From Spirochaetia bacterium (lineage in GTDB: Bacteria; Spirochaetota; Spirochaetia; SZUA-6; Bin103), in the NCBI GenBank assembly GCA_965208575.1, contig CBDBOV010000002.1, positions 192,001 through 256,000 of the forward strand: a stretch of 64,000 nt of DNA. The letters run 5' to 3'. The notes under the pieces were generated by a model. The model was not told the origin of the DNA. It saw only the letters and a list, made by a program, of their open reading frames with translations, and made no database searches. The translations under genes and the position numbers were made by a program. This document shows positions 8,382 through 17,416 of this stretch, piece after piece. Every line of letters starts with the position of its first letter. Position 1 is the first letter of the stretch.

Positions 8382-10642
8382 GAACGAGCAAGGCGGCGAC
8401 GCTGGAGAGCGCTCAGGGAGAGGTGGTGCTGGAGGAGGTGGCGATCGACGCCGGCGTGGACGACCTCATGACGGTGGTCGAGGTACGCCAGCGTTACCGC
8501 AACCCCGGCACCGCGCACATCGAGGCGGTGTACACCTTTCCGCTGCCGGTGGAGGCGGTGCTGCTGAAGTTCACGGTGGCGATCGGCGACCGGAATATGG
8601 CCGGCACGGTCGTCGCCCGGACGGAGGCGGAGCGGCGCTACGAGGACGCGGTCACCGACGGCGATGCGGCGGTGCTGCTGGAGCAGGCGCAGCCCGGGCT
8701 GTACACCGCCAGCGTCGGCAACCTGGCCCCGGGCGAGACGGCGACGCTCCGCTTCCGCTACGGGCTGCTGCTGGGGTGGAACGGCGACCTGGTGCGGTTC
8801 GCCATGCCCACGACCATCGCGCCGCGGTACGGTGATCCGTCCACCGGCGGCCTGCAGCCGCACCAGCAACCGGAGTACGGCTTCGACGCCGAACGCTCCT
8901 TTCGGATGCGGGTGTCGGTAAACGGAGTCCTGCAGGGTGCCCGCTGGACATCCCCCTCGCACGACATCGCCGTCACCCCGGACGGCGGGCGCACCGTGAT
9001 CGAGATCGCCCGACCGGCGGCGATGGACCGCGACTGCGTGCTGGAGGCGCGCGCGGCCGGGACGAGTGCGCGCCGGGCGCAGCTCGACCGCGACGATGGC
9101 GACTGGGTGGCGCTGGCGAGCTTCCGCCCCGAGATTCCCGACCTGGACGAGAGCGGCGCCCACCGCTGCGTCAAGATCGTCGTGGACTGCTCCGGCTCCA
9201 TGAGCGGCGACTCGATCGAGCAGGTACGGGTCGCCGGTGAGCGCATTCTCGACAGCCTGCGCCCCGGCGACCGGTTCGATATCGTCGCGTTTGGCAGCCG
9301 CCATCGCGTCCTGTTCGGTCGTGCGATGGCGGCGAGTCGGGCCAACGTCGCCCGCGGGCGCGAGTTCGTGCTCGACCTGGACGCCGACCTCGGCGGTACC
9401 GAGATCGCATCCGCCCTGCGCGCGGCGTACCGCATCGAGAGCGATCCCGGCACACCGCGCGACCTGCTGCTGATCACCGACGGCGAGGTATGGGACACCG
9501 ACTCCACCGTGGCGGAGGCACGCGCGTCCGGCCACCGCATCTTCTCGGTAGGCGTCGGCAGCGCCGTCGCCGAACCGTTCGTCCGCGCCCTCGCCGCGGC
9601 GACCGGCGGCGCCTGCGAACTGGTGACTCCGCGCGAGAACATGGCCGCGCGCATCCACCGTCACTTCCAGCGCATCCTCGCGCCGCCCGCCAAGCGGGCT
9701 CGCGTCATCTGGCCGGCGCCGGTGCGTTACGCGACCCCCGACCCGCTGCCGCCGCCGTACCCCGGCGACACCCTGCACCTGTTCGGGTCGTTCGCGGAGC
9801 GGCCGGAGGGTCCGGTGGTGCTGGAACTGGAGCTTGCGGACGGGCGCACCGTCAGCCACCGCCTGGAGCTCGGCGCGCCTCCTCCCGGAAACGCCGGCGC
9901 GGAAGGCACGAGCGCCATTCGATCCGACCTGGCGCGCATGGGGGCCGCCCGGCGGTTGTCCGCGATTGGCGAGGCGGCGGCGGCGACCGATCTGGCCGTG
10001 CGCTATCAGCTCGTCTCGGAGTGGACCGACTGCCTCGTCGTCCACGTGCGGGCGGATGCCGACAAGGCTGCCGGGCTGCCGAGCCTGGTCAAGGTTCCAC
10101 AGGTTGTGGCCGCCGGCTGGCACGGCATCGGCACCGTGCACGACGCCCCGCCGGTCAGTGCCGCCGCCTACGGCGAGTTGCCACCGCCGACCGCTCGGTC
10201 CTTCAGCGAGCGGGTGCCCGGCCCTTCGCGACTGTCGCCGGTCAGACGACTCAGCCGACGTGCGGCGCAGGCAGCCGACATGGAGCCGCTGCCGGACATG
10301 GTCGCGCCGGTTTCGCCCGGGACCATCGGCTCACCTGCCGAACTCGTTGCGGCGCTCAACCAGCGCTTGCTGCCAGCCGTGCCGACGCTCGAAGAGCTCG
10401 CGGCGCTCGGCACTCCGGACGAGATTATCGCTGGCCTTCGTGCTCTGGTAGATGGAGGCGAGGACGCGCGCGCCGTCGCGGTGATCTTCCTGTACGTGGT
10501 CTGCGAGTCGACGGCCGGCGACGGTCTGGACCGCCAGCGGCGCCGGCTGATCCTCGCCGCCTACAAGAAGCTCCGGCCGCGGGCAGCCGCGGTCGCCGCG
10601 GTCCGGCGCGTCTGGCAGGACGGGAACCCGATCCGACGGTGA
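8378..10642 (+). CDS. VIT + vWA domain protein
   Basis: VIT motifs QRYRNP...IEAVYTFPLP, AERRYEDAV and SVGNLAPGE; vWA MIDAS DCSGSM, GGTEI, LITDGEV and FSVGVG; AAGGAGG RBS. Confidence 0.9.
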   Translation: MRTSKAATLESAQGEVVLEEVAIDAGVDDLMTVVEVRQRYRNPGTAHIEAVYTFPLPVEAVLLKFTVAIGDRNMAGTVVARTEAERRYEDAVTDGDAAVLLEQAQPGLYTASVGNLAPGETATLRFRYGLLLGWNGDLVRFAMPTTIAPRYGDPSTGGLQPHQQPEYGFDAERSFRMRVSVNGVLQGARWTSPSHDIAVTPDGGRTVIEIARPAAMDRDCVLEARAAGTSARRAQLDRDDGDWVALASFRPEIPDLDESGAHRCVKIVVDCSGSMSGDSIEQVRVAGERILDSLRPGDRFDIVAFGSRHRVLFGRAMAASRANVARGREFVLDLDADLGGTEIASALRAAYRIESDPGTPRDLLLITDGEVWDTDSTVAEARASGHRIFSVGVGSAVAEPFVRALAAATGGACELVTPRENMAARIHRHFQRILAPPAKRARVIWPAPVRYATPDPLPPPYPGDTLHLFGSFAERPEGPVVLELELADGRTVSHRLELGAPPPGNAGAEGTSAIRSDLARMGAARRLSAIGEAAAATDLAVRYQLVSEWTDCLVVHVRADADKAAGLPSLVKVPQVVAAGWHGIGTVHDAPPVSAAAYGELPPPTARSFSERVPGPSRLSPVRRLSRRAAQAADMEPLPDMVAPVSPGTIGSPAELVAALNQRLLPAVPTLEELAALGTPDEIIAGLRALVDGGEDARAVAVIFLYVVCESTAGDGLDRQRRRLILAAYKKLRPRAAAVAAVRRVWQDGNPIRR

Positions 10643-10812
10643 CACCCCGGCCGGCCCGCGACCGACCAGTCAGTGGGTCGAGCCGTCCGCCGTCGCGCTA
10701 CGCGCCGGTCTCACCCGGTGGAGGTTCGACGGCGCGGTGGCCGCCAGCGAGCCTGGCCCGCCGCGATCGGCTTCTGAACCGCGATCCCTGGCTGAGTGCG
10801 GCGCCTGCCAAG

Positions 10813-11202
10813 TCATTGGCAGGCCAATTCGCGGAACGTGTGGGCGATGGCGGCCTTGTCCTTCTCGCCGCGGGCTACCGCCATCATGAGTGGATAGAGC
10901 CTGCCTTCGTGATCGCTGAGTGCTACTCCGTTGAGATCGAGAAACACGAGCGCCGCCGCCAACGCCAAGCGCTTGTTGCCGTCGATGAACGGATGGTTCT
11001 GACACAGGTGATACGCGTACGCGGCAGCCATCTCCAGCAGATCGCCGTGAAGGTATTGGCCGCCGAACGAAGCTTGCGGGACCGTGATCGCAGAACTGAC
11101 CAATCCCAGGTCGCGTACGCCGAACTCACCTCCATACCGCGTCGTCTGATCGCACAGAATCGCCAGGACCTCCGCGAGGGTAAGGAATCGAGGTGTCTCC
11201 AT
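10813..11202 (-). CDS. doc: Doc (Fic-family) death-on-curing toxin
   Basis: HPFIDGNKR, GVRDLGLVSSA, AAAYAYHLCQNH. Confidence 0.92.
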   Translation of the reverse strand: METPRFLTLAEVLAILCDQTTRYGGEFGVRDLGLVSSAITVPQASFGGQYLHGDLLEMAAAYAYHLCQNHPFIDGNKRLALAAALVFLDLNGVALSDHEGRLYPLMMAVARGEKDKAAIAHTFRELACQ

Positions 11203-11427
11203 TCATTCGGCGAGGCGTCTCAGCGTCGGCGCGAACGTCCGGTTGATTCGCTCCAGGGACGTGCGGAACTCATCCTCGGAAAGCGAAGTCGCCGGAGAGA
11301 TCACCAGACTGCGCCCATCGGTCGCGATCTCGAGCGGAGTGTCCATCGTGACGTTGAGCAGTTCCAGGATCGGCTTGTCGATGATCAGGGCAGCGCTGTT
11401 CCCATGCCGCACGAGCGTCTTGGTCAT
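11203..11427 (-). CDS. AbrB/MazE-family antitoxin partnered with Doc
   Basis: MTKTLVRHGNSAALIIDKPILELL; abuts doc. TTGACG-17-TACGGT lies 6 nt upstream of the ATG. Confidence 0.88.
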   Translation of the reverse strand: MTKTLVRHGNSAALIIDKPILELLNVTMDTPLEIATDGRSLVISPATSLSEDEFRTSLERINRTFAPTLRRLAE

Positions 11428-11497
11428 GCCACGACCGTATATACGTCGTGTATCCTCGTCAAGGTAAACGGACGTTCCGCATGCGTGCCGCGGGCCA

Positions 11498-11665
11498 ACG
11501 ACGCCGCCGCGAACCCGCGAGCCGATGGCTCGGTGCCCCCAACTGCTGTGGGCGACACCCGGCTGCATGCGAGCGGCGACACATACGCGGCTGCGGTTCG
11601 GGCGGTGGTGTGCCGTTGCGGGCGGCGAAGCGGCGGCGGGTTCGAACCGGCGGCGTGCCATGCGG
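11498..11665. repeat. ~165-bp non-coding block homologous to 25414-25580
   Basis: Alignable by eye; for example GGCGACACCCGGCTGCATGCG, GGGCGGTGGTGTGCCGTTGCGGGC and AACCGGCGGCGTGCCATGCGG occur in both copies. Confidence 0.85.
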
Positions 11666-13100
11666 CCGGCATGGGCTGGAGAAACTGCATATGCTGCTGT
11701 CGCACACGGTTCCGCACCTGACGCTCGGCGGGCTGGTGGCGCGGCTGGTGCGCGACGGCCTGGACCGCTACGACCCGGCGCGACCGCGGCGTGCGCGGCG
11801 CACCGGCCGTCGCGGCTTGGTCGAGGGCGCGCAAACCGTGAGCAGGCCGGCACGCCGTGATGTGGAGGCAATGCAGCGGAACGTGGTGCGCGCGCACGGG
11901 ACCGATGTCGAGCGGCCGAGCGAAGCCGAGCGGGGTGACAGATCGTTGACGGCAGATGCGAGTGGCACTCCCCGTCCTTCGGCGGCGAAGCGGCATACGC
12001 AAGGCGAATGCGGCACACGAAGTCCGCGCCGGTGCGGGACGGCGGCGGTCGCGCCGATTCGGAGGCGAAGCCCTCGGCCGCCGAGCACGGCGGCGCTGCG
12101 TTGGGGGTACCGAACAGCGGCGGGCACACCGCTTCGCGAGGGAAGCGCGAGTCCCAGGACGAACTCGGTCGCCCGTCGCCCGCGGTGGCGCAGGACGGCA
12201 GCGGTCGGGCGGCCTCGGCGGCGAAGCGGCATGGGCGAGCCGACGGCGATGGCCGGGACGCCGGTGCGGGCGGTGTCGTGGGCCGTGCGACGTGCGCGGC
12301 TGGACCGCGGTTCGACGCCGACCGGCGCACCGCGTCGCGGGCACCGGGGTCAGGGCGGCCGCCGGTTCCCGACTTCGCCGGCGAAGCGGCTTGCGTCCGC
12401 CGCCGGGGGTGGCGCTGCCGGGCTGGCGGAGCGTTCGCCGGCCCTGGAGCGGCACCTCGCCGCGTTGCGCTGCGTCGGCGCAGTGCCGGGCTCCCGGTCA
12501 CGGTACATCCCGGCGGCGGTGCGGCGCGAGGTGTGGCGCCGCGACGAGGGTTGTTGCAGCTACGTCGACGTCCGTAGCGGGCGGCGCTGCGGCTCCCGCT
12601 ATCGGTTGGAGATCGACCACATCGTGCCGTTCGCGCTCGGCGGCACTGCCGAGCTTTCCAACTTGCGCGTTGTATGTGAAGCGTGGGATTATGTGAAGTG
12701 ATTTAACTTAAATCATGGTAGACAGATAATTTGTGTCGACGATCACTTCGCATTATGAGAAGGAGTCTATCCGAGCTGTGCCCGAGAGCAGCGTGCGCTA
12801 GCCATAGCCGGCGTCGCCGGGCACAGTTCGGATAGGGTTGATTGAACTAAACCGCGGGCCTATCTATGGGGCTTGGAATGCCGGTATCGCGTGCCGGCGG
12901 AGTGCTGAGCGTGGTGGGGAACGCCCAGGCTGACGAAGAAAGACCGGGAAGCGGTGATGTTGCCGTGCGATGCGGCGGCGGCGCGCGGTTGGCGGGCAGA
13001 TCTCGGGTTCCCGACGGGCACGGATGCGCTCGGGCAGCGACAAAAGGGCTGCCAGAGAGGCGAGTGCTGGAGTCGAGCCGACGGCGTGGTGGCGATTGCT

Positions 13101-14297
13101 TCATGCGGTGTCGGGTGGACCACGGCGAAGCGGCCGGTATTCCCAGGTGGTTTGGGAGCGGAATTCCTGGATACGCCGCATGGTTCGTTGCTGACACGCA
13201 GGACAGCGCTCGCCATCATCGGTGGAAGTTTCGAGAGCAGGTGCAGCAATCATTTCGTTGCCGGTGGTGCGCGCGATCAGGCGGCGGCACAGCGGCAGTT
13301 TCTCCTTGCGGGCACGATTGGCGAGAAATCCGTAGTGACGAATGCGGACGAAGCGATCGGGCAGGACGTGCTGCAGGAAACGACGCAGAAATTCGACCGC
13401 ATCGAGTTGCATCATGCGGTGCCGGTGGCCACCAGCATAGTCCTGGTAGCGGAAGCGCACCGAGTCCGCGTCAGCCGCCGTGATCCTGCTGTTGGCGATG
13501 GCGACGCGATGGGTGTAGCGGGCGAGATATTTCAGCACCTGCTCGGGGCCGCCGAAGGGTGGCTTGGAATACACCACCCACTGCTTGGCGCGCAGTTGCT
13601 CGCAGAGTGCTCGGAAACGACCGGGATCAGCCAACTCGGCAAGGGCACCGTGGAACTGGAGGCGGTCGGCAGCGAAGTGTTCCTGCAGCGCCGCCAGCAT
13701 CTTGCCGCGAAACAGTTTCGAGAGAACCCGGACCGGGAGGAAGAAGCCGTTGCGGCAGGATATCCAGTCGGCGCCGTCGGGTGACAGCCCGCCGCCGGGG
13801 ATGACGCAGTGGAGATGGGGATGGTGCACGAGCGTCTGGCCCCAGGTGTGCAGCACGGCGATGAAGCCGATGTCGGCGCCCAGATGTTTGGGATCGGCGG
13901 CGATGGTCTTGAGGGTAGCTGCGGTGGCAGCGAACAGGGCGCCGTAGATTGCGCGTTGGTTCTGCAGTGCCAGCGGGGCAAGTTCGGTCGGCAGGGTGAA
14001 GACGAGGTGGAAATAGGGCACCGGCAGCAGATCCTGGCAGCGATTCTCCAGCCAGGTGGCGCGCTGCTGCGCCTGGCACTTCGGACAGTGGCGATTGCGG
14101 CAGGAGTTGTACGATACGCGTACCTCGCCACAGGCATCGCACGCATCGACGTGGCCGCCGAGTTTGGCGGTGCGACAAGCTGCGAGGTCGCGCATGACGC
14201 GCTGCTGGGCCTGCGACACCCGCAAGGCCGGCACGCGGCCATCGGCAGCTGCCAGGGTACGGATGACGTCGGCCACCTCGAAGGGTGGCTGGGGCAC
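13101..14297 (-). CDS. IS91-family (HUH/Y2) transposase with Zn-binding N-terminus
   Basis: YNSCRNRHCPKCQ, YFHLVFTLP, HTWGQ, HPHLHC (HUH), YLARYTHRVAI (Y2), RIRHYG. Confidence 0.95.
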   Translation of the reverse strand: MPQPPFEVADVIRTLAAADGRVPALRVSQAQQRVMRDLAACRTAKLGGHVDACDACGEVRVSYNSCRNRHCPKCQAQQRATWLENRCQDLLPVPYFHLVFTLPTELAPLALQNQRAIYGALFAATAATLKTIAADPKHLGADIGFIAVLHTWGQTLVHHPHLHCVIPGGGLSPDGADWISCRNGFFLPVRVLSKLFRGKMLAALQEHFAADRLQFHGALAELADPGRFRALCEQLRAKQWVVYSKPPFGGPEQVLKYLARYTHRVAIANSRITAADADSVRFRYQDYAGGHRHRMMQLDAVEFLRRFLQHVLPDRFVRIRHYGFLANRARKEKLPLCRRLIARTTGNEMIAAPALETSTDDGERCPACQQRTMRRIQEFRSQTTWEYRPLRRGPPDTA

Positions 14298-14304
14298 GGC
14301 TCGC

Positions 14305-15148
14305 TCAGCGCAGCGGCGGCAACGACTCCAGTGGGCTCTCGACCGCGGTGATGCGCTTGCGGGTGACGTGGGTGTAGATCACGGTACTCCTGATCGAGGC
14401 GTGCCCGAGCAGCGCCTGAACGGTGCGCAGATCGGTGCCGGATTCGAGCAGATGGGTGGCGAAACAGTGGCGCATGGTGTGCGGGGATACAGGCTTGCCG
14501 GCGACGACGTGGCGCACCTTGGCGATGGCCTGCGCCACCGCATCCCTGGTGACGTGGCGGTCGGGATAGGTCCTGCTGGGAAACAGCCAGGAGCGCGGCC
14601 GATAGCGTTGGTAGTGGCAGCGCAAGTGGTGCAGCAGGGCCGGCGACAAGGTCACCAAACGATCCTTGCGGCCCTTGCCTTGCACGGCATGCAGCAGCAT
14701 CCGCTTGCTGTCGATGTCTGCGACTCTCAGCGAGACCGCCTCGGAAACGCGCAGCCCGGCCGCATACAGGGTGATGGCGATGACGCGGTTCTGCGGGTTG
14801 GTGATCGCTTCGAGTACGGCGCGCACCTGGTCCTGGCTCAACACCAGCGGCAGCTTCTTGGGCTGCTTGGCGAACGGGATGGACTCGATGTGCCAGTCCT
14901 GTGCCGAGGGTCTTGAGGTACAGGAAGCGGAGCGCGCAGACCGCCTGATTGAAGCTACCCCAGCCCAGATTTCGCTCCTGCACCAAGTGCAGTTGATAGA
15001 CCCGTAAGTCGTCGAGCCCGAGAAGTTCCGGAGAGCGGTTGAAGTAGCGAGCAAACAACGCGACCTGGCGGACGTAGTATTCGATGGTGTGCGGCGACAG
15101 GTTGCGCACCTGCATGTCTTCGATCATTCTCTGGCGCAGTGGTGTCAT
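14305..15148 (-). pseudogene. Tyrosine recombinase (phage-integrase family), single frameshift
   Basis: GAGGAG RBS, then MTPLRQRMIEDMQVRNLS. One extra base near 14903. Catalytic YAAGLRVSE, KGRKDR, HTMRHCFATH, LLGH and Y are intact. Confidence 0.9.
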
Positions 15149-15728
15149 GATGGACTCCTCCTCGTGTCGAGACACGTGGACCATCAGCCCCCGGGGCGGC
15201 GCTTCGCTCCGGGGGCAACCACCTGTCTCCCGGTTAGTAGCGTTCAGACACCATATGAGCGTTGCGTTTGGGAAGGGGCTCCCGCATCGCGACGGCAGGC
15301 GCCCCTACCGCGGAGCGGTTTAGTTCAAGATTCTTTATGTGAAGCTTCACATAACGCGTTCGCTGCCGTGCGCACCACAGGTTGCGCCACGCTCAGCGCC
15401 ATGCTCACGCCGAGCGTGTGCCGACTGAAGCGGCCGCTTGGTGACAGCGTGGCGCTACGGGCCGCTGCCGGCGAACGCGGCTACCTGTACTTTCGCTCGG
15501 CTGCCCGCCGTGGGCAGTGTGCGGGGTGCGCCGCGGCAGTGCGCGGGGTGCGGCGCGGCCTACTGCAGGAGATCGAGCGCCAGGGCCGCTTGGCTCCGGA
15601 CACCCGCTGGGAGGACGCGCTGGCAAGGCCCGGCGCCTCGCTGACCGCGTTCGACGACAAGGCGGTGTACCGCGCCCACGATGGCGGCGTGCGCGTGCGG
15701 CGGCTGCGCAGTCCCCACGCACTGGGGC

Positions 15729-16208
15729 AGCGTTGGCCGGCTGCCGGCCCGCCTGGTGCTGCCTACATCGCCAGCCAGGTGGTGGGCGCGGTGCTGGCCA
15801 GCTTCGCCCTGTCGCTGCTGCTGCCGGCGCACCGCGGCCTGATGGGCGCCCATGTTCCGGCCATCCCGGCGGCGCCGTCGGTGGCGATGGAGGTGATTCT
15901 CACCTTCCTCCTGATGTTCGTGATCCTCGTGGTGATCGGCTTCCTGAATGCGGCCGCCGGCGCCGACAGGATCAACCGGCAGCCGTCGTCCGGCCTCGCG
16001 GTCGGGAGCGGTGGTGGCGCTGGCGATCTGGTTCGCCGGCCCCACCAGCGGCGCCTCCATGACCCCGGCGCGCTCCCTGGCCCCGGCCCTGTTCGCGGTA
16101 GAGCCGCTGCAGTACCTGTGGATCTACGTCATCGGCCCGGTCGGCGGCGCCCTCCTCGTCGTCCTCACCGGCCGCCTCATCCGCCACACCAGCCGATCCG
16201 GAATCTGA
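15729..16208 (+). pseudogene. 3' part of a MIP/aquaporin gene duplicated from ~28709-29175
   Basis: Near-identical DNA. The 5' part is missing, frameshifts lie near 15762 and 16008, and the second NPA has become TPA. Confidence 0.88.
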
Positions 16209-16664
16209 CTACGGGTAATTCGAGCGTGCTGGATGAGTTGCCTTCACACAGTACGAGACCAGGTCGCCTACAAGCGCAGCTTGCGGAGACCCCGCACCGG
16301 GAAAGCCGAAGATCTCACAGTGCGATCGGTCAGCCGGGTGGCGTTCGTCTCGCGGCAGAGGTCGTCGCTCGAATCGCAGGATCGCTTGGTCACGAGCCCG
16401 TTCCTTTGTGTCGCCAACATTCAACTGTGCCAGGCACCCTCTGGTTTTCATTGAGATCCGCGAAAGCCGCCGCACCTCTTCGACTTGTTCCAGCGTGGGC
16501 TTGGTCGCAAAACACTCTAGCCAATTCACGGAAAGCCCGGCCTCTCCTGACCGCAAACAGAACGCCGATCCATCGGGGCGACCATCGTCTCCCATGGATG
16601 ATGGTTTTATGTAGCGAACTACATGATCCTCGTCACGTAGTTCGCTATCGTTTATTCTCGCCAA
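16209..16664 (-). CDS. Hypothetical protein, possible ADP-ribosyltransferase-like toxin
   Basis: 151 aa with HVVRY...AF.LR...GLSVNW...SHCEI; overlaps the upstream gene by 13 nt. The fold assignment is inference only. Confidence 0.6.
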   Translation of the reverse strand: MARINDSELRDEDHVVRYIKPSSMGDDGRPDGSAFCLRSGEAGLSVNWLECFATKPTLEQVEEVRRLSRISMKTRGCLAQLNVGDTKERARDQAILRFERRPLPRDERHPADRSHCEIFGFPGAGSPQAALVGDLVSYCVKATHPARSNYP

Positions 16665-17416
16665 CTGAGAAACGACGAAAGGCCCGACGTTCGAATCTGT
16701 TCTTGTACTCCCTCAAGGGTGTCCTGGCCCGCCTTCGGAGCGATCCGTGTAGATCCTGTGCGTCGTGTCCAGATCACGTACTCCACCCATCGGTCGCCGA
16801 GGAATTGGAGACCAATGTGCTTGTCGCCACTCCCGCGCCAAACCGCGCGGAGATTACCGTTGTCGGTAACGACGACATTCGCCCTGCGCGTGAACGGATT
16901 CGAGCGCATGAACTCCCAGAAGTCTCTTTCGGAAGCGGCCCTGAAGGGGATCTCGTCGAGCATGGCGTCGTGCTTCAGGGCTGCGATCCTATTCCTATAT
17001 TCTTGTTCCGTCTCGTGAGCTTGGTTCCGCCTACTCTCCAATTCGCTAAAGAACTGAGTCCATGGATCAGTGTTCCAAATTGGTGGGAGCGTCTGTGTGG
17101 TTCCCCCTTCATCACCGGCTCTGCTCGTTTCCAAGACCACTAGACGCAAGGAGGGTGATAGGTCATGGGCTGGAAACTGTTTCCACACCGGGCAGTTACG
17201 GATCTGTGCCGTGGTCTTTGACTCGTAGTTGCCCTCCCCCGGCCAGAAGCCGACAGTCGCGAAGGCGGGAAGCATCGAATTCGGTTGCTCTGGTCTCGCA
17301 CTCCTGCATAGCACGGCCTCACTTCGGCGAAAATCCTGGTCAAAGGCTGCCGTACGCCAAGGGCCGGGTTCTAAGAACTGAAGCTGATTGTATTCTGAGA
17401 TGGCAGTCCTACTCAT
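16652..17416 (-). CDS. Hypothetical protein, middle gene of the TIGR04255-like module
   Basis: ATG at 17416 overlaps the upstream stop. Polar, Pro-rich N-terminal half and a compact C-terminal domain (VVVTDNGNLRAVW...IGLQFLG..VEY). Confidence 0.6.
   Translation of the reverse strand: MSRTAISEYNQLQFLEPGPWRTAAFDQDFRRSEAVLCRSARPEQPNSMLPAFATVGFWPGEGNYESKTTAQIRNCPVWKQFPAHDLSPSLRLVVLETSRAGDEGGTTQTLPPIWNTDPWTQFFSELESRRNQAHETEQEYRNRIAALKHDAMLDEIPFRAASERDFWEFMRSNPFTRRANVVVTDNGNLRAVWRGSGDKHIGLQFLGDRWVEYVIWTRRTGSTRIAPKAGQDTLEGVQEQIRTSGLSSFLSWRE

Larger units (their letters stand above)
12842..15328 (-). mobile_element. IS91-like element with an upstream tyrosine recombinase
   Basis: Perfect 14-bp terminal inverted repeats TTGAACTAAACCGC (12842-12855) and GCGGTTTAGTTCAA (15315-15328) enclose the integrase and Y2 transposase genes. 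GATT occurs at both junctions. Confidence 0.85.
12672..15355. mobile_element. Outer ~200-bp non-coding mini-element (12672-12843 plus 15333-15355) with TATGTGAAG terminal repeats
   Basis: GCGTT flanks both ends (12667-12671, 15356-15360). TATGTGAAG at 12673 and 12690; palindrome TTATGTGAAGCTTCACATAA at 15335-15354. Removing the element restores the HNH reading frame. Confidence 0.75.
11666..15410 (+). pseudogene. Decayed paralogue of the HNH gene at 26121-28469 (5' part deleted, internal frameshifts, HNH motif split by a 2.7-kb insertion)
   Basis: 11666 aligns with 26807. RYIPAAVRREVWRRDEGCC...LEIDHIVPFALGG...SNLRV breaks at 12671 and resumes as RCRAHHRLRHAQRH at 15361. Confidence 0.88.

Noticed and set aside
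5633-14907. Programmed frameshifting in rpn or the integrase
   Set aside because: No canonical slippery heptamer at either site; mutation or sequencing indel is simpler.
12954-14916. Plus-strand ORFs opposite the IS91 transposase and integrase
   Set aside because: Antisense ORFs with no independent motifs.
15450-15720. Possible fragment of another gene (RRGLLQEIERQG...WEDALARPGASLTAFDDKAV), perhaps AlbA-type
   Set aside because: Too short and degenerate to assign without a search.
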